Shown: positions 1-7,291, counted from the stretch's first letter. The stretch is 11,463 bases of DNA from a virus (IMGVR_UViG_3300046506_000279); one strand, 5' to 3'. Translations and numbers: made by a program. Notes: generated by a model from the sequence alone, not told the origin.

Positions 1-2569
1 GGGCGGGGGCGGGCGCGGCGGCTGTGGGCGCGGCGGCCTTGCGCTCGGGTACCGCGTCGACCAGTTCGTTGGGGGCGGCAAACACCGGTTCGTTGAAGGC
101 CTGCGCGGCGGCGCCGTGGCGCTCGACGTGGGCGATTTCGTCGGCGCTCGGCGCGCTGTTGCGGTAGCCGTCGCGGCGCAGGCGCTCGGCGAACACGGCC
201 AGTTGCTGCTTGGCCGGGACGGTCGGCAGTTCGCCCAGCACCTGGTCGAGCACGTCAAGGCGGTTGTTGCGCGAGGTGGCGGCCTGGTGGGCGTCGAGGC
301 GGCCGTTGACGGCTTCCAGCTCGGAAGCGCGCTGCAGGCGCTGGGTGGCCAGGTAGTCGGCCTGGGCCTGGGTGGCGGCGGCGGCTTGGCGGGCGGCAGC
401 AGCTTGCTGCTCGGCGGCAGCGGCGTGTGCCTTCTCTGCGGCCTCGGCAGCAGCGACGCGCCGGGCGATTTCGGCGGCGTCTTGCTCGTTGTCCCAGTCG
501 TCGATCTCGCCGGCGTGCTGTTGCGTGGCCTGCTCCCGGGCCGCTTCGGCGGCCAAGGCGTTGGCCACTTCATTCGGGTCGTCGGCGGCGCGCAGGCGGC
601 CGTCGTAGTCGATGCCGTTGTCGTAGGCCGGGGCGGCGCCGCCGCCTTCCTGCAGCGGGGTGATCGGGGTGCGCTTGTGCGCGCCCTGCATGTCGCGGTT
701 GCCTTCGAAGTCGAGCGCGTTGGGGTCGGTCGGGGTCAGTGCCATGCCTGGCGCGGCAGCCACCGGCACCGCCGGTACCGGGGTGGCCTGGTACGGGATC
801 GGGTTGTACGGGGCGTTGGCGGCGGCAGCGGCAGCGGTGGCGGCCGCATGCGCGGCGGTGGCCAGCGGGCCGGCGTTGGGGGCCAGCGGCGGTACCGGCG
901 CGGCGACCGGGGCCGGGGCGCGTTGCGGGGTACGCTGCGGGGCGCTGACAGCGCCGCCGACGGTGCCCATCACGCCACCGCCCAGGGTGCCCAGCGCGGC
1001 GGCGTCTTCGGCCTGGGCGCGCGAGGCGTTGCTGAACGGGTCGTTGCCCTTGCCGTATTCTTCAAGCAGGGTCTGGCCGTATTCGGTGGCGCCTTCGATC
1101 GGCGCGGCGCCCAGTGCGCCCAGCCCACCACGGGCGGCGCGGCCCTGGATGCCGGGCAGGGCGGCGGCCGGCTTCATGAAGCGCGACTTGCCCAGCATGA
1201 CGTCGAGGCCGATCTTGTCGCCGACGAATTCCAGACCACCGGCTGCCAGCGTGGCGCCGAAGGCCTTGGCCAGTTCGGCGCCGCTCAAGACGCGGTCGGG
1301 GTTGCTGCTGGTCAGGTCGCCGTAGATTTCGCCGCCTTCCATGCCCAGGGCGGAAGCGCCGATGGCGGCGGTCTGGCCCAGGTGGGCGGCGACGTTGGTG
1401 GTGGCCTGTTTGGTCAGCTGGGCGCTGGTGGTGCGGGTGGCGATGTTGGTGGCGGCCTGGCGCGCCAGTTGTTCGGCGCTCAGCTGGGCGCCGCCGTTTG
1501 CCGCAGCCAGCCGTGCGCTTTCGTTGGCCACCATGGCTTCGGTCAGGCGCGCGCTTTCCTTGGCCACCATGCCGGCCGCCAGTTTTTCGGCCACCGCAGT
1601 GGCGCCGGCCTTGCCGACGAACGAACCGATGCCGGCGGTGGCCAGCATCTGCACGCCCTGGCCGCCGGCGTAGCCGATGCCGTGCGTGAGCCAGTCGACC
1701 AATGCGCCCAGGTCGCCCTGCTTGGCCTGGTCGTAGGCATAGTTGAACGAATCGCTGGGCTTGGCATCCTGCGCGATCTTGTTGCCCCAGTCCTTGTAGC
1801 CGGCCATGCCGGCTTGCTTGATGCCGGTCGCAATCCCGCCTTCGCCCACCAGGCTCTCGGCCTGGGCGCCGGCGCCGGCCAGCAGGCCGTAGCCGAGCTG
1901 CGGCAGTTGCTGGAAGGCTTCCTTGGCGCCGCGCATCAGGTTGCTGCTGGTGTCCTTCGGCGGGGCCGCCGGGGTGTCGACGTAGGCGTTGAAGGCGTCC
2001 CAGTTCAGGTCGCCCTGCGGTGCGCCGAGGTAGGCCGGCTGCGGCTTGCCGCTTGGCGTGGGGCCGGCGCCTGGTTGTCCCATGCGGCCCAGCACCATGT
2101 CGGCGTAGGCGCGCGGGGTGGTGCCGTTGGCGTCGGCGCGGTCGGCGCGGATGCTGCCGTCGGCCAGGATCGCGCCGCGGCCGCCGATGTAGGCGGCGGC
2201 GGTCTTGCGCAGGTCGCCGCCGAAGTGGGCGTAGTCGGCGTCAAGCTTGCGGTTGGCCGCAGCCACGCGGTCGTCTTCGTTGTCGAAGGTTTCGCCGGGC
2301 AGCGCATAGTCGTGGAAGGTGGGCGCGGTGATCTGCATGGCGCCGCGCGCGTCCTGCTTGCTGACCGCTTCCGGGTTGCCGCGCGACTCCACGTGGCGGA
2401 TCGCCGCCTTCAGCTGGCCCAGCGGGTCGAGCGCGTCGGCGCCGGGCGTGCCGGCGTCGGGCGCGTCGCTGCCGTCGGCGGCGGCGCCGTTCACGTAGGC
2501 GTTGAACGCGTCCCAGTTCAGGGATTGGGCGGGGTTCTGGAGGTAGTCGGGCTGCGGTTTGGTGGCCAT
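1..2569 (-). CDS. Large internal virion/ejection protein with N-terminal lytic transglycosylase (SLT) domain; 3' end outside window (>856 aa)
   Basis: Manually translated from ATG at 2569 (MATKPQPDYLQNPAQSLNWDAFNAYV...) with no stop through position 1 and strong G/C third-codon bias. SLT motifs: AAIRHVE61SRGNPEAVS, G76AMQI, AAAY127IGG (domain ~2084-2422). Followed by an Ala/Gly-rich helical region, a Pro/Ala linker and an Ala/Glu/Gln-rich coiled-coil-like region. Not in the ORF track because it has no stop in the window. Confidence 0.88.
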   Translation of the reverse strand, partial: MATKPQPDYLQNPAQSLNWDAFNAYVNGAAADGSDAPDAGTPGADALDPLGQLKAAIRHVESRGNPEAVSKQDARGAMQITAPTFHDYALPGETFDNEDDRVAAANRKLDADYAHFGGDLRKTAAAYIGGRGAILADGSIRADRADANGTTPRAYADMVLGRMGQPGAGPTPSGKPQPAYLGAPQGDLNWDAFNAYVDTPAAPPKDTSSNLMRGAKEAFQQLPQLGYGLLAGAGAQAESLVGEGGIATGIKQAGMAGYKDWGNKIAQDAKPSDSFNYAYDQAKQGDLGALVDWLTHGIGYAGGQGVQMLATAGIGSFVGKAGATAVAEKLAAGMVAKESARLTEAMVANESARLAAANGGAQLSAEQLARQAATNIATRTTSAQLTKQATTNVAAHLGQTAAIGASALGMEGGEIYGDLTSSNPDRVLSGAELAKAFGATLAAGGLEFVGDKIGLDVMLGKSRFMKPAAALPGIQGRAARGGLGALGAAPIEGATEYGQTLLEEYGKGNDPFSNASRAQAEDAAALGTLGGGVMGTVGGAVSAPQRTPQRAPAPVAAPVPPLAPNAGPLATAAHAAATAAAAAANAPYNPIPYQATPVPAVPVAAAPGMALTPTDPNALDFEGNRDMQGAHKRTPITPLQEGGGAAPAYDNGIDYDGRLRAADDPNEVANALAAEAAREQATQQHAGEIDDWDNEQDAAEIARRVAAAEAAEKAHAAAAEQQAAAARQAAAATQAQADYLATQRLQRASELEAVNGRLDAHQAATSRNNRLDVLDQVLGELPTVPAKQQLAVFAERLRRDGYRNSAPSADEIAHVERHGAAAQAFNEPVFAAPNELVDAVPERKAAAPTAAAPAPA
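1388..1570 (-). repeat. Two short intragenic tandem duplications (36-nt and 51-nt period)
   Basis: MVAKESARL / MVANESARL (1544-1570, 1508-1534; period 36). QLARQAATNIA / QLTKQATTNVA (1439-1471, 1388-1420; period 51). Confidence 0.8.
1980..2560 (-). repeat. Direct repeat pair (1980-2047 and 2493-2560), 513 bp apart, flanking the SLT domain
   Basis: Peptides KPQPDYLQNPAQSLNWDAFNAYV (aa 4-26) and KPQPAYLGAPQGDLNWDAFNAYV (aa 175-197). DNA core acgtaggcgttgaa[c/g]gcgtcccagttcagg is 29/30 identical (1980-2009 vs 2493-2522). Confidence 0.95.
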
Positions 2570-2592
2570 GGGTATGTGCGCTTATTCGGGGG

Positions 2593-4740
2593 TTACAGGC
2601 CGGCGACGCGGCGGGCGTCGCGCACGGCTTTCAGCTGGGCGTTGGAGAGGGTGCCGGCCTCGGTCTGGTCGGCAAACCACGCCAGCTCCTGTTGCAGCGT
2701 GGCGCGCGCGGCGCCGTGCTTGAGCGCGGCCAGGTGGGTCGCGAAGCTGGCGGCGACGTCGGCGCGGCGGGCGTCCATCGCGCTCTCGTAGCGGTTGCGC
2801 GAGTTGCTGCCGCCCACGCGCTGGTTGAAGGCCTCCATCTGCTGCTGGCGTTCGGCCACGCTGGCGGCGCTGGGCAGCACGCGCGGCGCCTCGGGCGCGG
2901 CGGCCGGCTTGCCGGCGGCCGGGGCGGGCGCGCCGGGGCCGGCCGGGGCCGGCTGGGTCGCGGCCGACATCAGTTCCTGCAGCGACTTGCTGCGGAACGC
3001 CGCCAGCAGGCGCGCGGCATCGCCGGCCGGCGGCAGCGACTGGGCGCGGAACTGGGCCAGCAGCTTGGCCGAGTCGCTGTCGGGCGGGAGGTTCGGGTTG
3101 GCGGCATCGGCGGCGGCCTTGGCCTGCAGCGCGGCGTCCTTGGCCACGGCAAACGCGCGCGCGCTGGCGGCGTCGCCGCCGTTGCTGCGGGAACGGGCCA
3201 GCGCCACCTGCTTGGCGTACTGGAAACCGTTGCCGTCCAGCGTCGGGCTGCCGTTGTCGTTCTTGCTGGTGTACAGGGTTTCCAGCGCCTTGTCGTCGTC
3301 GGGAGCCCACACCGGGGCGCTGCCGCTGCCGCCGTGCAGTTTGGCCCAGGCTTCGGCGGCCTTGATCCGGTCTTCGCGCTTCATGTGCTCGTTCTGGTCG
3401 CTGCGGTAGCCGGCGGTGGTCTCGGCGTTCTTCTCGGCGGCGGCGGCGGTGCGGCCCTGGTTGGCCAGCGTGCCCTGGTGGAAAGCGGCGGTGTCCTGGC
3501 GCGTGGCGGCCTTGTCCAGCAGGTCGAGGCGGGACTTCAGGTCCAGCGTCTGGTACAGGTTGAGCGCGGTGTCGATCTCGGCGCGGCTGCCGTCGGCGTT
3601 GGCCACGGTCAGCTTGTAGGTCGGCACCGTTTCGCCGCTGGGCAGGGTGGTGGTGGTATGCACCGGGGTGCCCACGATTTTGCCGCTGCGGTTGTCGCCC
3701 AGGCCGTTGTACAGGGCCATGCCGCCTTGGAAGTCGCCGCGGTCGAAGGCCTGGGTGGCCTGAATCACGCCTTCGCTGGCCATCTTGGCCAGCAACTGCT
3801 TGGTCTGGGCATAGGTTTGCGGGTCGACGTCGCCGGCCCTGGCCTGGGCGTCCAGCACGTAGCTGTAGCGGCCCAGTACGCTGGCCATCTGGCGCGGCGG
3901 CGGGATGCCGGCGGCGGCGGGCAGCAGCGGCGCGGCGGGCGTTCCCGTATGCGCGGGAACGGCGGCCGGGGCGGCCAGCAGCGCGGCCTGGTCGTTGTGC
4001 AACTGCTGGGCGTAGGCGGTGGCGGCGGCCGGGGTGGCGAAGATGCCCAGGTGCTTGCCGGTTTGCTGGTACCGGGCGGCGGCCTCGTCGTTGCTCATGA
4101 CGCGGCCGTCGTCGCTGACGGTCGGGATCAGGACTTCGCCCTGGTCGGTGCCGATCGAGATCGAGCGTACCGTGCTGGTGGTGCCGTCCGGGTTCTGCAC
4201 GCGCGGGCGGTTGGCGAGGTCGATGTTGCCGGGGGCCAGCTGGCCGGGCACCGCAGCGGCGCCTTGGGCGGCCGGGGCCAGCGCACGCGCTTGGGGGGCG
4301 CCGGCCAGGTCGGCGGCCAGCGGGGCGGCGTGGCTGGCCGCGCCCTGCAGCGGGGCGCTGGTGACGTGCTCGGCCGGGTTGTCCACCGGGTAGCTCTGCA
4401 CGCCGGGGCTGGCCGGGTCGTTCATGCCGCCCGGGGCACTGGGGGCGGTCGGGGCGCTGGCGGTCTGGGGCGCGGGGGCGCTCGGCGTGCTGGGGGCGGC
4501 GGCCGGCGCGGCGAACTTGGCGTCGTACTCGGCACCGGCGCGTTTCTTGTCGTCGCGGATGCGGTCGGCCTCGCTCCAGTCGTAGCGCTGGCGCGAGCGC
4601 ACTTCTTCCTGGTAGGCGCGGTCCTTCTCGGCCTGCGCATCCTGGGCGGCGCGGCGGGCGTCGTCTTCCTGCTGGCGCAGTTCGTCCTTGTAGGCCTTGT
4701 AGCCGGCGGCCATGCCGGTGATGTTCAGTCCGAAACCCAT
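2593..4740 (-). CDS. Probable internal virion/DNA ejection protein (715 aa) with Pro/Ala-rich linkers and an embedded ~81-aa globular module
   Basis: GGAG SD before ATG; strong GC3 bias. N-terminus [27 protein letters not shown] followed by a charged coiled coil is typical of podoviral ejection proteins. It lies between a pilot-like gene and the SLT-containing large gene. Confidence 0.8.
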   Translation of the reverse strand: MGFGLNITGMAAGYKAYKDELRQQEDDARRAAQDAQAEKDRAYQEEVRSRQRYDWSEADRIRDDKKRAGAEYDAKFAAPAAAPSTPSAPAPQTASAPTAPSAPGGMNDPASPGVQSYPVDNPAEHVTSAPLQGAASHAAPLAADLAGAPQARALAPAAQGAAAVPGQLAPGNIDLANRPRVQNPDGTTSTVRSISIGTDQGEVLIPTVSDDGRVMSNDEAAARYQQTGKHLGIFATPAAATAYAQQLHNDQAALLAAPAAVPAHTGTPAAPLLPAAAGIPPPRQMASVLGRYSYVLDAQARAGDVDPQTYAQTKQLLAKMASEGVIQATQAFDRGDFQGGMALYNGLGDNRSGKIVGTPVHTTTTLPSGETVPTYKLTVANADGSRAEIDTALNLYQTLDLKSRLDLLDKAATRQDTAAFHQGTLANQGRTAAAAEKNAETTAGYRSDQNEHMKREDRIKAAEAWAKLHGGSGSAPVWAPDDDKALETLYTSKNDNGSPTLDGNGFQYAKQVALARSRSNGGDAASARAFAVAKDAALQAKAAADAANPNLPPDSDSAKLLAQFRAQSLPPAGDAARLLAAFRSKSLQELMSAATQPAPAGPGAPAPAAGKPAAAPEAPRVLPSAASVAERQQQMEAFNQRVGGSNSRNRYESAMDARRADVAASFATHLAALKHGAARATLQQELAWFADQTEAGTLSNAQLKAVRDARRVAGL
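2980..3075 (-). repeat. Intragenic tandem duplication (54-nt period)
   Basis: [14 protein letters not shown] (3034-3075) and [14 protein letters not shown] (2980-3021). Confidence 0.75.
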
Positions 4741-4779
4741 AGGTGCTCCGTCGGTGTTGGTTCAGTCAAGTGGGCGGTT

Positions 4780-5130
4780 TCAGCGTTTGCGGAAAGGCCG
4801 TAATCCGGGGGCCGGCAACAGCCAGCTGCCGCCCCGTGGCCAGGTGCCGCGCTGGCGCAACTTGGCGTCGAGCGCGCGCAGGGTCGCGGGCGTCAGGGGC
4901 GGCGGCGCCGGGGCCGCGCTGCTGGTGATGAAGCGGAAGCTTTCAATCCTGCCAATCTCGCCGGTCAGCGGTTCCATGCTGGGCAGGTAGGCATCCGGGC
5001 GCCGCGCAAAGCGGGCCTGGCTCTGCGCGCGCAGGTAGCTGGCGCGCGCCGACAACGGCCCAAAGTCTTGGCCGCGCCACATGCGCTGCGGGGCGCGCCA
5101 CAATCGCTTGAAGCCGTAGTCGGCTGCCAT
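4780..5130 (-). CDS. Small basic Arg-rich hypothetical protein (116 aa)
   Basis: ATG at 5130 overlaps the TGA of the upstream gene (TGATG); GC3-biased codons; fills the gap between two virion genes. It is the C-terminal part of ORF-track entry 4780..5820. Confidence 0.7.
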   Translation of the reverse strand: MAADYGFKRLWRAPQRMWRGQDFGPLSARASYLRAQSQARFARRPDAYLPSMEPLTGEIGRIESFRFITSSAAPAPPPLTPATLRALDAKLRQRGTWPRGGSWLLPAPGLRPFRKR

Positions 5131-5825
5131 CAGGTGCCCATGCTTTCGCCGTTCGGCAAGGTGTAGCCGTCGTTGCCGCCGCTGTACATGTTGGCGTTGC
5201 TCATGCCGTTGCCGGGGCTGGAACCGAAGCCGAACTTGTTCCAGTCCACCTTCGACAGGCCACCGATCAAATTGCCGGCGGCGCTGCCCAGCGCGGTGCC
5301 GTTGGCCTGCTCGTTGGCGGCAATCCGGCTGGCGCTGTTGGCGGCGTTGGCCATGCCGGTGGTGGCGTTGGCCACCAGCCCCTTGCCCAGGCCCAGCGCG
5401 TCCAGCTGGTGGGCGTAGGCGGTATCCTTCACCTGCTTCCTGGCCGTGTTCTGGGCGGTCGCGCCCATGGCGGCGCCTTGCAGGTTCAGGTTGGTCTGCG
5501 CGACCTGGGCGGCGGCGCTGGACGGGTCGAAACCGACCGTCCTGCTCAGGCGGTCTTCGGCCTTGCCCAGTTCGCTCGAGACCCCGGCCTGGGCTTCGGC
5601 GGCGGCCGCGTTCCTCGCTGCGGGGGTGTCGTAGTTGGTGGCATCGGCCACCATCTTCTGTTCCAAGGGCTGGTAGGTGGTCTTGTAGCTGTTCCACTGG
5701 TCCTTGGCGATCTCGCCCTGGTAGGCGTTGGCGTCGATCGCGCGGTCCTGGGCGTCGCTGGCGTTCTTCGACGACTCGTATTGCATGACGCCGCCAAAGA
5801 CGGCGGCTGCGGCTCCCCATGGCAT
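5130..5825 (-). CDS. Probable DNA ejection/pilot protein (231 aa; P22 gp7-like architecture)
   Basis: GAGGAG SD. N-terminus MPWGAAAAVFGGVMQYESSKNASDAQDRAIDANAYQ (hydrophobic Gly/Ala segment followed by S/K/A/Q-rich helix) is typical of podoviral ejection proteins; Ala/Gly/Asn-rich throughout. Confidence 0.75.
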   Translation of the reverse strand: MPWGAAAAVFGGVMQYESSKNASDAQDRAIDANAYQGEIAKDQWNSYKTTYQPLEQKMVADATNYDTPAARNAAAAEAQAGVSSELGKAEDRLSRTVGFDPSSAAAQVAQTNLNLQGAAMGATAQNTARKQVKDTAYAHQLDALGLGKGLVANATTGMANAANSASRIAANEQANGTALGSAAGNLIGGLSKVDWNKFGFGSSPGNGMSNANMYSGGNDGYTLPNGESMGT

Positions 5826-5826
5826 G

Positions 5827-6144
5827 TCAGTTCTCCTCGATCAGGGTGGCGTCGATGGCGTCGACGTCGGTCTCGCTGGTGGCGTGGATGCAGAACCAGT
5901 CGATGGCGGTGATGGCGGTGATGGTGTGTTCGCGCCCGGCGGCAATGGTGATGCCGGCCGGGCCGCTGTAGCTGGTGGCGACGCCGTCCACTTCGACCAC
6001 GGCGCGCCCGCGCGCCAGGATGCTCAGGTGGTCGAAGCGGTGCTTGTGGGTCGCCACCGCCTGGCCGGCCGCCAGGTGCATCTGCTTGGCGTAGACGGCG
6101 GGGCCGAAGTGGTGGGTGATCTGGTAGTCAATCGGGTCAGTCAT
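5827..6144 (-). CDS. Cupin-fold metalloprotein (105 aa)
   Basis: True start is ATG at 6144 (GGAGA SD, ATGA overlap with upstream stop). Cupin motif 1 TH33KH35RFDH39LSILARG and motif 2 TIAAGREH73TITA give a 4-His metal site. Confidence 0.85.
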   Translation of the reverse strand: MTDPIDYQITHHFGPAVYAKQMHLAAGQAVATHKHRFDHLSILARGRAVVEVDGVATSYSGPAGITIAAGREHTITAITAIDWFCIHATSETDVDAIDATLIEEN

Positions 6145-6731
6145 GCAATTCTCCCGCCCGGGTGGGCGTACAGGGCGGTCTTGATGCAGACGATCAGGGC
6201 CAGGCGTTCGGTGGTGCTGTTGTTGTGGACCGCGTGCGGCACGCTGTTGTCGAACCACCAGCAGTCGCCATCCTCGGCGGCAATGGCGCCGTCGGGGAAG
6301 CCGAACAGGGCGCCGGGCGGGTTGGCGATCGCGATGTAGAACTTCTCGTAGTAGTCGGCGTGCCAGCCGGTGTCGACATGGGGCGCGATCACGCCGCCCG
6401 GCGGCAGCTTGGTGATCAGGATCCCGCCCAGCCGTTCGCCTTCCACCCGCCGCATCAGGTCGAACACCAGCGCGTGCAGTTCCGGCAGCTGCTGCCAGGC
6501 CGGGTACCACACGGCGTCGTGTTCGTCGTTGAAGGCGGGGCCGAGATTGTGCGGGGCGTTGTAGCGCACCCAGATATCGGTCATGGCCCGGTGCGGCGAG
6601 CCGGCGTAGGCGCGCGCGCCGTGGGCGCCGAACAGGTCGGGCTGGCGGGCCAGCGCGGCGCGCAGCGGCGCTACCGCCAGGCCGGTGCAGACGGGCTGGA
6701 AGTGGGGCACGGCGGCGGCGGGCTGGGGCAT
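6141..6731 (-). CDS. 2-oxoglutarate/Fe(II) oxygenase, aspartyl/asparaginyl beta-hydroxylase family (196 aa)
   Basis: LGGILITKLPPGGVIAPH118VD120 ... WWFDNSVPH166AVHNNSTTER176LALIV: intact HxD...H facial triad plus the 2OG-binding Arg. No transmembrane segments. Confidence 0.85.
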   Translation of the reverse strand: MPQPAAAVPHFQPVCTGLAVAPLRAALARQPDLFGAHGARAYAGSPHRAMTDIWVRYNAPHNLGPAFNDEHDAVWYPAWQQLPELHALVFDLMRRVEGERLGGILITKLPPGGVIAPHVDTGWHADYYEKFYIAIANPPGALFGFPDGAIAAEDGDCWWFDNSVPHAVHNNSTTERLALIVCIKTALYAHPGGRIA

Positions 6732-6760
6732 GGCGGCGCTTTCATTGCTGAGTGCATGAA

Positions 6761-6766
6761 ATTGTA
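6761..6766 (-). promoter_or_regulatory. Possible -10 element (TACAAT) for the hydroxylase/ejection operon
   Basis: TACAAT on the minus strand ~30 nt upstream of ATG 6731, in an AT-richer intergenic region (6741-6860, ~46% GC by hand count). No recognisable -35 at 16-18 bp spacing. Confidence 0.3.
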
Positions 6767-6801
6767 GGGCGTGCTACCACTTCTACACAGCAAAAGATTG
6801 C

Positions 6802-6830
6802 TTGACCCCATGGTTCACGTACGTGAGAAT
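6802..6830 (+). promoter_or_regulatory. Sigma70-like promoter P1 (TTGACC-N17-GAGAAT) driving the + strand cassette
   Basis: -35 TTGACC 6802-6807 (5/6 consensus), 17-bp spacer, -10 GAGAAT 6825-6830 (4/6), 30 nt upstream of ATG 6860. Confidence 0.7.
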
Positions 6831-6841
6831 GGGCAATTCTC
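6815..6841. promoter_or_regulatory. Putative operator: perfect 12-bp palindrome TCACGTACGTGA plus inverted repeat GAGAAT-N5-ATTCTC
   Basis: Palindrome 6815-6826 covers the spacer and the start of the -10. The second IR (6825-6830 / 6836-6841) covers the -10 and the expected transcription start. Confidence 0.6.
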
Positions 6842-6859
6842 TTGTTACGGGGTATTCCA

Positions 6860-7291
6860 ATGGGCCACAGGCTGCACTTCGCCGACGACAACCTGACCAT
6901 CATCACCAAACTGGCCGAGGGCAATCTCGGTGCGGTGTCGGTGCTGCTGCGCAGCTTGCAGGAGGGGGCCGCGATCGACCCCGACAACGCCTTCGGCGGC
7001 GGCGGCGCCGCGTTCGCGCTCGATACCGACGATATCTACGGCGGCCGCATCTGGCAGCTGTACAAGGATGTGTGCGGGCAGGATCTGGTGCGGATGCTGG
7101 GCGTGCTGCGCGCGGTGCAGCTGGGGCTGTTGCCGCGCGCGCGCCTGCAGGCGGCGATCGACGGCCAGCGTAAGGTGGCGCCGGCACAACACCCGCTGAC
7201 GGCGGGCGAGCTCGATGCGCTGCTGGTGCAGGTGCGCGACCGCTTGCCGCGGTTCGGGGTACAACCATCTCATCAGGCGAGGACATCATGA
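6860..7291 (+). CDS. Phage hypothetical protein (143 aa)
   Basis: ATG 6860 preferred over TTG 6842 given the promoter position; GC3 bias; globular composition (IYGGRIWQLYKDVCGQDLVRMLGVLRAVQLG, a pattern I recall from phage hypothetical proteins); stop overlaps next start. Confidence 0.8.
   Translation: MGHRLHFADDNLTIITKLAEGNLGAVSVLLRSLQEGAAIDPDNAFGGGGAAFALDTDDIYGGRIWQLYKDVCGQDLVRMLGVLRAVQLGLLPRARLQAAIDGQRKVAPAQHPLTAGELDALLVQVRDRLPRFGVQPSHQARTS

Noticed and set aside
2570-2592. Possible frameshift/read-through fusion of the 715-aa and giant proteins
   Set aside because: An in-frame TAA lies five codons upstream of ATG 2569 and there is no slippery heptamer.
116-2791. 891-aa + strand ORF
   Set aside because: Antisense shadow of the real minus-strand gene (GC3 bias suppresses stops on the opposite strand); Gly/Val/Ala-skewed, no motifs or SD, whereas the minus frame has SLT motifs.
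4764-4769. TTGACT (-35-like, minus strand) upstream of the 715-aa gene
   Set aside because: The hexamer at 17-bp spacing is GCACCT, not a -10, and it would fall on the RBS.
2692-4803. 703-aa + strand ORF
   Set aside because: Antisense shadow of the 715-aa minus-strand gene for the same reason.
4780-6510. Long versions of ORFs 4780..5820 and 5827..6510
   Set aside because: Their 5' parts are Arg/Gly/Pro-rich off-frame readings of overlapping genes; coupled starts at 5130 and 6144 explain the real proteins.
5409-6767. + strand ORFs 5409..5912, 5728..6339, 6162..6767
   Set aside because: Shadows of the pilot, cupin and hydroxylase genes; no SD or motifs.
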